Shown: piece after piece, positions 26,752 to 41,300 of the stretch
Layout: every line of letters starts with the position of its first letter
How positions within the stretch are numbered: the stretch's first letter is position 1
From: Auanema rhodensis
Lineage: Eukaryota; Animalia; Nematoda
DNA: 64,000 bases
Assembly: GCA_964057225.1 (NCBI GenBank)
Contig: CAXKVF010000076.1
Location: forward strand, 310,001-374,000
Direction of reading: 5' to 3'
The notes under the pieces: generated by a model
Seen by the model: the letters and a program-made list of their open reading frames with translations, nothing else
Told to the model about the DNA's origin: nothing
Database searches by the model: none
Position numbers and translations under genes: made by a program

Positions 26752-29567
26752 TACATACCAAGTGCACATCACGTGTACATTTAATTAGCATAAATTAAAG
26801 TTCACGTAAATTTCAAAGTCATGGTTACCATGCACCAATATCAATAAAAATTTGTTTTTAGACTAATATGGACATGGGGAATCTAATTTTGAAAACCGCA
26901 TCTCTTTATCTTTCACGTGAAGCGAGTTACATACCAAGTGCACATCACGTGTACATTTAATTAGCATAAATTAAAGTTCACGTAAATTTCAAAGTCATGG
27001 TTACCATGAAGCAATATCAATAAAAATTTGTTTTTAGACTAATATGGACATGGGGAATCTAATTTTGAAAACCGCATCTCTTTATCTTTCACGTGAAGCG
27101 AGTTACATACCAAGTGCACATCACGTGTACATTTAATTAGCATAAATTAAAGTTCACGTAAATTTCAAAGTCATGGTTACCATGAAGCAATATCAATAAA
27201 AATTTGTTTTTAGACTAATATGGACATGGGAAATCTAATTTTGAAAACCGCATCTCTTTATCTTTCACGTGAAGCGAGTTACATAACAAGTGCACATCAC
27301 GTGTACATTTAATTAGCATAAATTAAAGTTCACGTAAATTTCAAAGTCATGGTTACCATGCACCAATATCAATAAAAATTTGTTTTTAGACTAATATGGA
27401 CATGGGGAATCTAATTTTGAAAACCGCATCTCTTTATCTTTCACGTGAAGCGAGTTACATACCAAGTGCACATCACGTGTACATTTAATTAGCATAAATT
27501 AAAATTCACGTAAATTTCAAAATCATGGTTACCATGCACCAATATCAATAAAAATTTGTTTTTAGACTAATATGGACATGAGGAATCTAATTTTGGAAAC
27601 CGCATCTCTTTATCTTTCACGTGAAGCGAGTTACATACCAAGTGCACATCACGTGTACATTTAATTAGCATAAATTAAAGTTCACGTAAATTTCAAAGTC
27701 GTGGTTACCATGCACCAATATCAATAAAAATTCGTTTTTAGACTAATATGGACATGGGGAATCTAATTTTGAAAACCGCATCTCTTTATCTTTCACGTGA
27801 AGCGAGTTACATACCAAGTGCACATCACGTGTACATTTAATTAGCATAAATTAAAATTCACGTAAATTTCAAAATCATGGTTACCATGCACCAATATCAA
27901 TAAAAATTTGTTTTTAGACTAATATGGACATGAGGAATCTAATTTTGGAAACCGCATCTCTTTATCTTTCACGTGAAGCGAGTTACATACCAAGTGCACA
28001 TCACGTGTACATTTAATTAGCATAAATTAAAGTTCACGTAAATTTCAAAGTCGTGGTTACCATGCACCAATATCAATAAAAATTCGTTTTTAGACTAATA
28101 TGGACATGGGGAATCTAACTTTGAAAACCGCATCTCTTTATCTTTCACGTGAAGCGAGTTACATACCAAGTGCACATCACGTGTACATTTAATTAGCATA
28201 AATTAAAGTTCACGTAAATTTCAAAGTCATGGTTACCATGCACCAATATCAATAAAAATTTGTTTTTAGACTAATATGGACATGGGGAATCTAATTTTGA
28301 AAACCGCATCTCTTTATCTTTCACGTGAAGCGAGTTACATACCAAGTGCACATCACGTGTACATTTAATTAGCATAAATTAAAGTTCACGTAAATTTCAA
28401 AGTCATGGTTACCATGAAGCAATATCAATAAAAATTTGTTTTTAGACTAATATGGACATGGGGAATCTAATTTTGAAAACCGCATCTCTTTATCTTTCAC
28501 GTGAAGCGAGTTACATACCAAGTGCACATCACGTGTACATTTAATTAGCATAAATTAAAGTTCACGTAAATTTCAAAGTCATGGTTACCATGAAGCAATA
28601 TCAATAAAAATTTGTTTTTAGACTAATATGGACATGGGAAATCTAATTTTGAAAACCGCATCTCTTTATCTTTCACGTGAAGCGAGTTACATAACAAGTG
28701 CACATCACGTGTACATTTAATTAGCATAAATTAAAGTTCACGTAAATTTCAAAGTCATGGTTACCATGCACCAATATCAATAAAAATTTGTTTTTAGACT
28801 AATATGGACATGGGGAATCTAATTTTGAAAACCGCATCTCTTTATCTTTCACGTGAAGCGAGTTACATACCAAGTGCACATCACGTGTACATTTAATTAG
28901 CATAAATTAAAATTCACGTAAATTTCAAAATCATGGTTACCATGCACCAATATCAATAAAAATTTGTTTTTAGACTAATATGGACATGAGGAATCTAATT
29001 TTGGAAACCGCATCTCTTTATCTTTCACGTGAAGCGAGTTACATACCAAGTGCACATCACGTGTACATTTAATTAGCATAAATTAAAGTTCACGTAAATT
29101 TCAAAGTCGTGGTTACCATGCACCAATATCAATAAAAATTCGTTTTTAGACTAATATGGACATGGGGAATCTAATTTTGAAAACCGCATCTCTTTATCTT
29201 TCACGTGAAGCGAGTTACATACCAAGTGCACATCACGTGTACATTTAATTAGCATAAATTAAAATTCACGTAAATTTCAAAATCATGGTTACCATGCACC
29301 AATATCAATAAAAATTTGTTTTTAGACTAATATGGACATGAGGAATCTAATTTTGGAAACCGCATCTCTTTATCTTTCACGTGAAGCGAGTTACATACCA
29401 AGTGCACATCACGTGTACATTTAATTAGCATAAATTAAAGTTCACGTAAATTTCAAAGTCGTGGTTACCATGCACCAATATCAATAAAAATTCGTTTTTA
29501 GACTAATATGGACATGGGGAATCTAACTTTGAAAACCGCATCTCTTTATCTTTCACGTGAAGCGAGT
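26752..29567. repeat. 8-monomer HOR (1408 bp), two tandem copies with an internal 2-mer
   Basis: acatAacaag at 27286 and 28694 (1408 bp apart); gggAaat and paired gaagc monomers repeat at the same offset; internal dimer of (aaAttcac+aaAtcatgg+ttgGaaac) and (gtcGtgg+ttCg). Confidence 0.9.
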
Positions 29568-32341
29568 TACATACCAAGTGCACATCACGTGTACATTTAA
29601 TTAGCATAAATTAAAGTTCACGTAAATTTCAAAGTCATGGTTACCATGCACCAATATCAATAAAAATTTGTTTTTAGACTAATATGGACATGGGGAATCT
29701 AATTTTGAAAACCGCATCTCTTTATCTTTCACGTGAAGCGAGTTACATACCAAGTGCACATCACGTGTACATTTAATTAGCATAAATTAAAGTTCACGTA
29801 AATTTCAAAGTCATGGTTACCATGAACCAATATCAATAAAAATTTGTGTTTAGACTAATATGGACATGGGGAATCTAATTTTGAAAACCGCATCTCTTTA
29901 TCTTTCACGTGAAGCGAGTTACATAACAAGTGCACATCACGTGTACATTTAATTAGCATAAATTAAAGTTCACGTAAATTTCAAAGTCATGGTTACCATG
30001 CACCAATATCAATAAAAATTTGTTTTTAGACTAATATGGACATGGGGAATCTAATTTTGAAAACCGCATCTCTTTATCTTTCACGTGAAGCGAGTTACAT
30101 ACCAAGTGCACATCACGTGTACATTTAATTAGCATAAATTAAAGTTCACGTAAATTTCAAAGTCATGGTTACCATGCACCAATATCAATAAAAATTTGTT
30201 TTTAGACTAATATGGACATGGGGAATCTAATTTTGAAAACCGCATCTCTTCATCTTTCACGTGAAGCGAGTTACATACCAAGTACACATCAAGTGTACAT
30301 TTAATTAGCATAAATTAAAGTTCACGTAAATTTCAAAGTCATGGTTACCATGCACCAATATCAATAAAAATTTGTTTTTAGACTAATATGGACATGGGGA
30401 ATCTAATTTTGAAAACCGCATCTCTTTATCTTTCACGTGAAGCGAGTTACATACCAAGTGCACATCACGTGTACATTTAATTAGCATAAATTAAAGTTCA
30501 CGTAAATTTCAAAGTCATGGTTACCATGCACCAATATCAATAAAAATTTGTTTTTGGACTAATATGGACATGAGGAATCTAATTTTGAAAACCGCATCTC
30601 TTTATCTTTCACGTGAAGCGAGTTACATACCAAGTGCACATCACGTGTACATTTAATTAGCATAAATTAAAGTTCACGTAAATTTCAAAGTCATGGTTAC
30701 CATGCACCAATATCAATAAAAATTTGTTTTTAGACTAATATGGACATGGGGAATCTAATTTTGAAAACCGCATCTCTTCATCTTTCACGTGAAGCGAGTT
30801 ACATACCAAGTGCACATCACGTGTACATTTAATTAGCATAAATTAAAGTTCACGTAAATTTCAAAGTCATGGTTACCATGCACCAATATCAATAAAAATT
30901 TGTTTTTAGACTAATATGGACATGGGGAATCTAATTTTGAAAACCGCATCTCTTTATCTTTCACGTGAAGCGAGTTACATACCAAGTGCACATCACGTGT
31001 ACATTTAATTAGCATAAATTAAAGTTCACGTAAATTTCAAAGTCATGGTTACCATGAACCAATATCAATAAAAAATTGTTTTTAGACTAATATGGACATG
31101 GGGAATCTAATTTTAAAAACCGCATCTCTTCATCTTTCACGTGAAGCGAGTTACATACCAAGTGCACATCACGTGTACATTTAATTAGCATAAATTAAAG
31201 TTCACGTAAATTTCAAAGTCATGGTTACCATGCACCAATATCAATAAAAATTTGTTTTTAGACTAATATGGACATGGGGAATCTAATTTTGAAAACCGCA
31301 TCTCTTTATCTTTCACGTGAAGCGAGTTACATACCAAGTGCACATCACGTGTACATTTAATTAGCATAAATTAAAGTTCACGTAAATTTCAAAGTCATGG
31401 TTACCATGCACCAATATCAATAAAAATTTGTTTTTAGACTAATATGGACATGGGGAATCTAATTTTGAAAACCGCATCTCTTCATCTTTCACGTGAAGCG
31501 AGTTACATACCAAGTGCACATCAAGTGTACATTTAATTAGCATAAATTAAAGTTCACGTAAATTTCAAAGTCATGGTTACCATGCACCAATATCAATAAA
31601 AATTTGTTTTTAGACTAATATGGACATGAGGAATCTAATTTTGAAAACCGCATCTCTTTATCTTTCACGTGAAGCGAGTTACATACCAAGTGCACATCAC
31701 GTGTACATTTAATTAGCATAAATTAAAGTTCACGTAAATTTCAAAGTCATGGTTACCATGAACCAATATCAATAAAAATTTGTTTTTAGACTAATATGGA
31801 CATGGGGAATCTAATTTTGAAAACCGCATCTCTTTATCTTTCACGTGAAGCGAGTTACATACCAAGTGCACATCACGTGTACATTTAATTAGCATAAATT
31901 AAAGTTCACGTAAATTTCAAAGTCATGGTTACCATGCACCAATATCAATAAAAATTTGTTTTTAGACTAATATGGACATGGGGAATCTAATTTTGAAAAC
32001 CGCATCTCTTTATCTTTCACGTGAAGCGAGTTACATACCAAGTGCACATCACGTGTACATTTAATTAGCATAAATTAAAGTTCACGTAAATTTCAAAGTC
32101 ATGGTTACCATGCACCAATATCAATAAAAATTTGTTTTTAGACTAATATGGACATGGGGAATCTAATTTTGAAAACCGCATCTCTTTATCTTTCACGTGA
32201 AGCGAGTTACATACCAAGTGCACATCACGTGTACATTTAATTAGCATAAATTAAAGTTCACGTAAATTTCAAAGTCATGGTTACCATGCACCAATATCAA
32301 TAAAAATTTGTTTTTAGACTAATATGGACATGGGGAATCTA

Positions 32342-32373
32342 TTTTGATTTTAGTTTAGTTTATTTTTTGGTTT
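32342..32373. other. 32-bp T-rich low-complexity insertion within one monomer
   Basis: ttttgattttagtttagtttattttttggttt lies between monomer positions 134 and 135; the downstream phase shifts by exactly +32. Confidence 0.92.
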
Positions 32374-35300
32374 ATTTTGAAAACCGCATCTCTTTATCTT
32401 TCACGTGAAGCGAGTTACATACCAAGTGCACATCACGTGTACATTTAATTAGCATAAATTAAAGTTCACGTAAATTTCAAAGTCATGGTTACCATGCACC
32501 AATATCAATAAAAATTTGTTTTTAGACTAATATGGACATGGGGAATCTAATTTTGAAAACCGCATCTCTTTATCTTTCACGTGAAGCGAGTTACATACCA
32601 AGTGCTCATCACTTGTACATTTAATTAGCATAAATTAAAGTTCACGTAAATTTCAAAGTCATGGTTACCATGAACCAATATCAATAAAAATTTGTTTTTA
32701 GACTAATATGGACATGAGGAATCTAATTTTGAAAACCGCATCTCTTTATCTTTCACGTGAAGCGAGTTACATACCAAGTGCACATCACGTGTACATTTAA
32801 TTAGCATAAATTAAAGTTCACGTAAATTTCAAAGTCATGGTTACCATGCACCAATATCAATAAAAATTTGTTTTTAGACTAATATGGACATGAGGAATCT
32901 AATTTTGAAAACCGCATCTCTTTATCTTTCACGTGAAGCGAGTTACATACCAAGTGCACATCACGTGTACATTTAATTAGCATAAATTAAAGTTCACGTA
33001 AATTTCAAAGTCATGGTTACCATGCACCAATATCAATAAAAATTTGTTTTTAGACTAATATGGACATGGGGAATCTAATTTTGAAAACCGCATCTCTTTA
33101 TCTTTCACGTGAAGCGAGTTACATACCAAGTGCACATCACGTGTACATTTAATTAGCATAAATTAAAGTTCACGTAAATTTCAAAGTCATGGTTACCATG
33201 AACCAATATCAATAAAAATTTGTGTTTAGACTAATATGGACATGGGGAATCTAATTTTGAAAACCGCATCTCTTTATCTTTCACGTGAAGCGAGTTACAT
33301 ACCAAGTGCACATCACGTGTACATTTAATTAGCATAAATTAAAGTTCACGTAAATTTCAAAGTCATGGTTACCATGCACCAATATCAATAAAAATTTGTT
33401 TTTAGACTAATATGGACATGGGGAATCTAATTTTGAAAACCGCATCTCTTTATCTTTCACGTGAAGCGAGTTACATACCAAGTGCACATCACGTGTACAT
33501 TTAATTAGCATAAATTAAAGTTCACGTAAATTTCAAAGTCATGGTTACCATGCACCAATATCAATAAAAATTTGTTTTTAGACTAATATGGACATGGGGA
33601 ATCTAATTTTGAAAACCGCATCTCTTCATCTTTCACGTTAAGCGAGTTACATACCAAGTACACATCAAGTGTACATTTAATTAGCATAAATTAAAGTTCA
33701 CGTAAATTTCAAAGTCATGGTTACCATGCACCAATATCAATAAAAATTTGTTTTTAGACTAATATGGACATGGGGAATCTAATTTTGAAAACCGCATCTC
33801 TTTATCTTTCACGTGAAGCGAGTTACATACCAAGTGCACATCACGTGTACATTTAATTAGCATAAATTAAAGTTCACGTAAATTTCAAAGTCATGGTTAC
33901 CATGCACCAATATCAATAAAAATTTGTTTTTAGACTAATATGGACATGAGGAATCTAATTTTGAAAACCGCATCTCTTTATCTTTCACGTGAAGCGAGTT
34001 ACATACCAAGTGCACATCACGTGTACATTTAATTAGCATAAATTAAAGTTCACGTAAATTTCAAAGTCATGGTTACCATGCACCAATATCAATAAAAATT
34101 TGTTTTTAGACTAATATGGACATGGGGAATCTAATTTTGAAAACCGCATCTCTTCATCTTTCACGTGAAGCGAGTTACATACCAAGTACACATCAAGTGT
34201 ACATTTAATTAGCATAAATTAAAGTTCACGTGAATTTCAAAGTCATGGTTACCATGCACCAATATCAATAAAAATTTGTTTTTAGACTAATATGGACATG
34301 GGGAATCTAATTTTGAAAACCGCATCTCTTTATCTTTCACGTGAAGCGAGTTACATACCAAGTGCACATCACGTGTACATTTAATTAGCATAAATTAAAG
34401 TTCACGTAAATTTCAAAGTCATGGTTACCATGCACCAATATCAATAAAAATTTGTTTTTAGACTAATATGGACATGGGGAATCTAATTTTGAAAACCGCA
34501 TCTCTTTATCTTTCACGTGAAGCGAGTTACATACCAAGTGCACATCACGTGTACATTTAATTAGCATAAATTAAAGTTCACGTAAATTTCAAAGTCATGG
34601 TTACCATGAACCAATATCAATAAAAATTTGTTTTTAGACTAATATGGACATGGGGAATCTAATTTTGAAAACCGCATCTCTTCATCTTTCACGTGAAGCG
34701 AGTTACATACCAAGTGCACATCACGTGTACATTTAATTAGCATAAATTAAAGTTCACGTAAATTTCAAAGTCATGGTTACCATGCACCAATATCAATAAA
34801 AATTTGTTTTTAGACTAATATGGACATGGGGAATCTAATTTTGAAAACCGCATCTCTTTATCTTTCACGTGAAGCGAGTTACATACCAAGTGCACATCAC
34901 GTGTACATTTAATTAGCATAAATTAAAGTTCACGTAAATTTCAAAGTCATGGTTACCATGCACCAATATCAATAAAAATTTGTTTTTAGACTAATATGGA
35001 CATGGGGAATCTAATTTTGAAAACCGCATCTCTTCATCTTTCACGTGAAGCGAGTTACATACCAAGTGCACATCAAGTGTACATTTAATTAGCATAAATT
35101 AAAGTTCACGTAAATTTCAAAGTCATGGTTACCATGCACCAATATCAATAAAAATTTGTTTTTAGACTAATATGGACATGAGGAATCTAATTTTGAAAAC
35201 CGCATCTCTTTATCTTTCACGTGAAGCGAGTTACATACCAAGTGCACATCACGTGTACATTTAATTAGCATAAATTAAAGTTCACGTAAATTTCAAAGTC

Positions 35301-38300
35301 ATGGTTACCATGAACCAATATCAATAAAAATTTGTTTTTAGACTAATATGGACATGGGGAATCTAATTTTGAAAACCGCATCTCTTTATTTTTCACGTGA
35401 AGCGAGTTACATACCAAGTGCACATCACGTGTACATTTAATTAGCATAAATTAAAGTTCACGTAAATTTCAAAGTCATGGTTACCATGCACCAATATCAA
35501 TAAAAATTTGTTTTTAGACTAATATGGACATGGGGAATCTAATTTTGGAAACCGCATCTCTTTATCTTTCACGTGAAGCGAGTTACATACCAAGTGCTCA
35601 TCACTTGTACATTTAATTAGCATAAATTAAAGTTCACGTAAATTTCAAAGTCATGGTTACCATGCACCAATATCAATAAAAATTTGTTTTTAGACTAATA
35701 TGGACATGGGGAATCTAATTTTGAAAACCGCATCTCTTCATCTTTCACGTGAAGCGAGTTACATACCAAGTGCACATCAAGTGTACATTTAATTAGCATA
35801 AATTAAAGTTCACGTAAATTTCAAAGTCATGGTTACCATGCACCAATATCAATAAAAATTTGTTTTTAGACTAATATGGACAAGAGGAATCTAATTTTGG
35901 AAACCGCATCTCTTTATCTTTCACGTGAAGCGAGTTACATACCAAGTGCACATCACGTGTACATTTAATTAGCATAAATTAAAGTTCACGTAAATTTCAA
36001 AGTCGTGGTTACCATGCACCAATATCAATAAAAATTCGTTTTTAGACTAACATGGACATGAGGAATCTAATTTTGGAAACCGCATCTCTTTATCTTTCAC
36101 GTGAAGCGAGTTACATACCAAGTGCACATCACGTGTACATTTAATAAGCATAAATTAAAGTTCACGTAAATTTCAAAGTCGTGGTTACCATGCACCAATA
36201 TCAATAAAAATTCGTTTTTAGACTAATATGGACATGGGGAATCTAATTTTGAAAACCGCATCTCTTTATCTTTCACGTGAAGCGAGTTACATACCAAGTG
36301 CACATCACGTGTACATTTAATTAGCATAAATTAAAGTTCACGTAAATTTCAAAGTCATGGTTACCATGCACCAATATCAATAAAAATTTGTTTTTAGACT
36401 AATATGGACATGGGGAATCTAATTTTGAAAACCGCATCTCTTTATCTTTCACGTGAAGCGAGTTACATACCAAGTGCACATCACGTGTACATTTAATTAG
36501 CATAAATTAAAGTTCACGTAAATTTCAAAGTCGTGGTTACCATGCACCAATATCAATAAAAATTCGTTTTTAGACTAATATGGACATGGGGAATCTAACT
36601 TTGAAAACCGCATCTCTTTATCTTTCACGTGAAGCGAGTTACATACCAAGTGCACATCACGTGTACATTTAATTAGCATAAATTAAAGTTCACGTAAATT
36701 TCAAAGTCATGGTTACCATGCACCAATATCAATAAAAATTTGTTTTTAGACTAATATGGACATGGGGAATCTAATTTTGAAAACCGCATTTCTTTATCTT
36801 TCACGTGAAGCGAGTTACATACCAAGTGCACATCACGTGTACATTTAATTAGCATAAATTAAAGTTCACGTAAATTTCAAAGTCATGGTTACCATGCACC
36901 AATATCAATAAAAATTTGTTTTTAGACTAATATGGACATGGGGAATCTAATTTTGAAAACCGCATCTCTTCATCTTTCACGTGAAGCGAGTTACATACCA
37001 AGTGCACATCAAGTGTACATTTAATTAGCATAAATTAAAGTTCACGTAAATTTCAAAGTCATGGTTACCATGCACCAATATCAATAAAAATTTGTTTTTA
37101 GACTAATATGGACAAGAGGAATCTAATTTTGGAAACCGCATCTCTTTATCTTTCACGTGAAGCGAGTTACATACCAAGTGCACATCAAGTGTACATTTAA
37201 TTAGCATAAATTAAAGTTCACGTAAATTTCAAAGTCATGGTTACCATGCACCAATATCAATAAAAATTTGTTTTTAGACTAATATGGACAAGAGGAATCT
37301 AATTTTGAAAACCGCATCTCTTTATCTTTCACGTGAAGCGAGTTACATACCAAGTGCACATCACGTGTACATTTAATTAGCATAAATTAAAGTTCACGTA
37401 AATTTCAAAGTCATGGTTACCATGCACCAATATCAATAAAAATTTGTTTTCAGACTAATATGGACATGGGGAATCTAATTTTGAAAACCGCATCTCTTTA
37501 TCTTTCACGTGAAGCGAGTTACATACCAAGTGCACATCACGTGTACATTTAATTAGCATAAATTAAAGTTCACGTAAATTTCAAAGTCATGGTTACCATG
37601 CACCAATATCAATAAAAATTTGTTTTTAGACTAATATGGACATGGGGAATCTAATTTTGAAAACCGCATCTCTTCATCTTTCACGTGAAGCGAGTTACAT
37701 ACCAAGTGCACATCAAGTGTACATTTAATTAGCATAAATTAAAGTTCACGTAAATTTCAAAGTCATGGTTACCATGCACCAATATCAATAAAAATTTGTT
37801 TTTAGACTAATATGGACATGAGGAATCTAATTTTGAAAACCGCATCTCTTTATCTTTCACGTGAAGCGAGTTACATACCAAGTGCACATCACGTGTACAT
37901 TTAATTAGCATAAATTAAAGTTCACGTAAATTTCAAAGTCATGGTTACCATGAACCAATATCAATAAAAATTTGTTTTTAGACTAATATGGACATGGGGA
38001 ATCTAATTTTGAAAACCGCATCTCTTTATTTTTCACGTGAAGCGAGTTACATACCAAGTGCACATCACGTGTACATTTAATTAGCATAAATTAAAATTCA
38101 CGTAAATTTCAAAGTCATGGTTACCATGCACCAATATCAATAAAAATTTGTTTTTAGACTAATATGGACATGGGGAATCTAATTTTGGAAACCGCATCTC
38201 TTTATCTTTCACGTGAAGCGAGTTACATACCAAGTGCACATCACGTGTACATTTAATTAGCATAAATTAAAGTTCACGTAAATTTCAAAGTCGTGGTTAC

Positions 38301-41300
38301 CATGCACCAATATCAATAAAAATTCGTTTTTAGACTAATATGGACATGAGGAATCTAATTTTGGAAACCGCATCTCTTTATCTTTCACGTGAAGCGAGTT
38401 ACATACCAAGTGCACATCACGTGTACATTTAATAAGCATAAATTAAAGTTCACGTAAATTTCAAAGTCGTGGTTACCATGCACCAATATCAATAAAAATT
38501 CGTTTTTAGACTAATATGGACATGGGGAATCTAATTTTGAAAACCGCATCTCTTTATCTTTCACGTGAAGCGAGTTACATACCAAGTGCACATCACGTGT
38601 ACATTTAATTAGCATAAATTAAAGTTCACGTAAATTTCAAAGTCATGGTTACCATGCACCAATATCAATAAAAATTTGTTTTTAGACTAATATGGACATG
38701 GGGAATCTAATTTTGAAAACCGCATCTCTTTATCTTTCACGTGAAGCGAGTTACATACCAAGTGCACATCACGTGTACATTTAATTAGCATAAATTAAAG
38801 TTCACGTAAATTTCAAAGTCATGGTTACCATGCACCAATATCAATAAAAATTTGTTTTTAGACTAATATGGACATGGGGAATCTAATTTTGAAAACCGCA
38901 TCTCTTTATCTTTCACGTGAAGCGAGTTACATACCAAGTGCACATCACGTGTACATTTAATTAGCATAAATTAAAGTTCACGTAAATTTCAAAGTCATGG
39001 TTACCATGCACCAATATCAATAAAAATTTGTTTTTAGACTAATATGGACATGGGGAATCTAATTTTGAAAACCGCATCTCTTTATCTTTCACGTGAAGCG
39101 AGTTACATACCAAGTGCACATCACGTGTACATTTAATTAGCATAAATTAAAGTTCACGTAAATTTCAAAGTCATGGTTACCATGCACCAATATCAATAAA
39201 AATTTGTTTTTAGACTAATATGGACATGGGGAATCTAATTTTGAAAACCGCATCTCTTTATCTTTCACGTGAAGCGAGTTACATACCAAGTGCACATCAC
39301 GTGTACATTTAATTAGCATAAATTAAAGTTCACGTAAATTTCAAAGTCATGGTTACCATGCACCAATATCAATAAAAATTTGTTTTCAGACTAATATGGA
39401 CATGGGGAATCTAATTTTGAAAACCGCATCTCTTTATCTTTCACGTGAAGCGAGTTACATACCAAGTGCACATCACGTGTACATTTAATTAGCATAAATT
39501 AAAGTTCACGTAAATTTCAAAGTCATGGTTACCATGCACCAATATCAATAAAAATTTGTTTTTAGACTAATATGGACATGGGGAATCTAATTTTGAAAAC
39601 CGCATCTCTTCATCTTTCACGTGAAGCGAGTTACATACCAAGTGCACATCAAGTGTACATTTAATTAGCATAAATTAAAATTCACGTAAATTTCAAAGTC
39701 ATGGTTACCATGCACCAATATCAATAAAAATTTGTTTTTAGACTAATATGGACATGGGGAATCTAATTTTGAAAACCGCATCTCTTTATCTTTCACGTCA
39801 AGCGAGTTACATACCAAGTGCACATCACGTGTACATTTAATTAGCATAAATTAAAGTTCACGTAAATTTCAAAGTCTTGGTTACCATGAAGCAATATCAA
39901 TAAAAATTCGTTTTTAGACTAATATGGACATGGGGAATCTAATTTTGAAAACCGCATCTCTTTATCTTTCACGTGAAGCGAGTTACATACCAAGTGCACA
40001 TCACGTGTACATTTAATTAGCATAAATTAAAGTTCACGTAAATTTCAAAGTCATGGTTACCATGCACCAATATCAATAAAAATTTGTTTTTAGACTAATA
40101 TGGACATGGGGAATCTAATTTTGAAAACCGCATCTTTTTATCTTTTACGTGAAGCGAGTTACATACCAAGTGCACATCACGTGTACATTTAATTAGCATA
40201 AATTAAAGTTCACGTAAATTTTAAAGTCATGGTTACCATGAACCAATATCAATAAAAATTTGTTTTTAGACTAATATGGACATGGGGAATCTAATTTTGA
40301 AAACCGCATCTCTTCATCTTTCACGTGAAGCGAGTTACATACCAAGTGCACATCACGTGTACATTTAATTAGCATAAATTAAAGTTCACGTAAATTTCAA
40401 AGTCATGGTTACCATGCACCAATATCAATAAAAATTTGTTTTTAGACTAATATGGACATGAGGAATCTAATTTTGGAAACCGCATCTCTTTATCTTTCAC
40501 GTGAAGCGAGTCACATACCAAGTGCACATCACGTGTACATTTAATTAGCATAAATTAAAGTTCACGTAAATTTCAAAGTCGTGGTTACCATGCACCAATA
40601 TCAATAAAAATTCGTTTTTAGACTAATATGGACATGGGGAATCTAATTTTGAAAACCGCATCTCTTTATCTTTCACGTGAAGCGAGTTACATACCAAGTG
40701 CACATCACGTGTACATTTAATTAGCATAAATTAAAGTTCACGTAAATTTCAAAGTCATGGTTACCATGCACCAATATCAATAAAAATTTGTTTTTAGACT
40801 AATATGGACATGGGGAATCTAATTTTGAAAACCGCATCTTTTTATCTTTTACGTGAAGCGAGTTACATACCAAGTGCACATCACGTGTACATTTAATTAG
40901 CATAAATTAAAGTTCACGTAAATTTCAAAGTCGTGGTTACCATGCACCAATATCAATAAAAATTCGTTTTTAGACTAATATGGACATGGGGAATCTAATT
41001 TTGAAAACCGCATCTCTTTATCTTTCACGTGATGCGAGTTACATACCAAGTGCACATCACGTGTACATTTAATTAGCATAAATTAAAGTTCACGTAATTT
41101 TCAAAGTCGTGGTTACCATGCACCAATATCGATAAAAATTCGTTTTTAGACTAATATGGACATGGGGAATCTAACTTTGAAAACCGCATCTCTTTATCTT
41201 TCACGTGAAGCGAGTTACATACCAAGTGCACATCACGTGTACATTTAATTAGCATAAATTAAAGTTCACGTAAATTTCAAAGTCATGGTTACCATGCACC

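Noticed and set aside
32342-32373. Canonical interstitial telomere repeat
   Set aside because: It contains TTTAG units but no complete TTTAGGG, TTAGGG or TTAGG.
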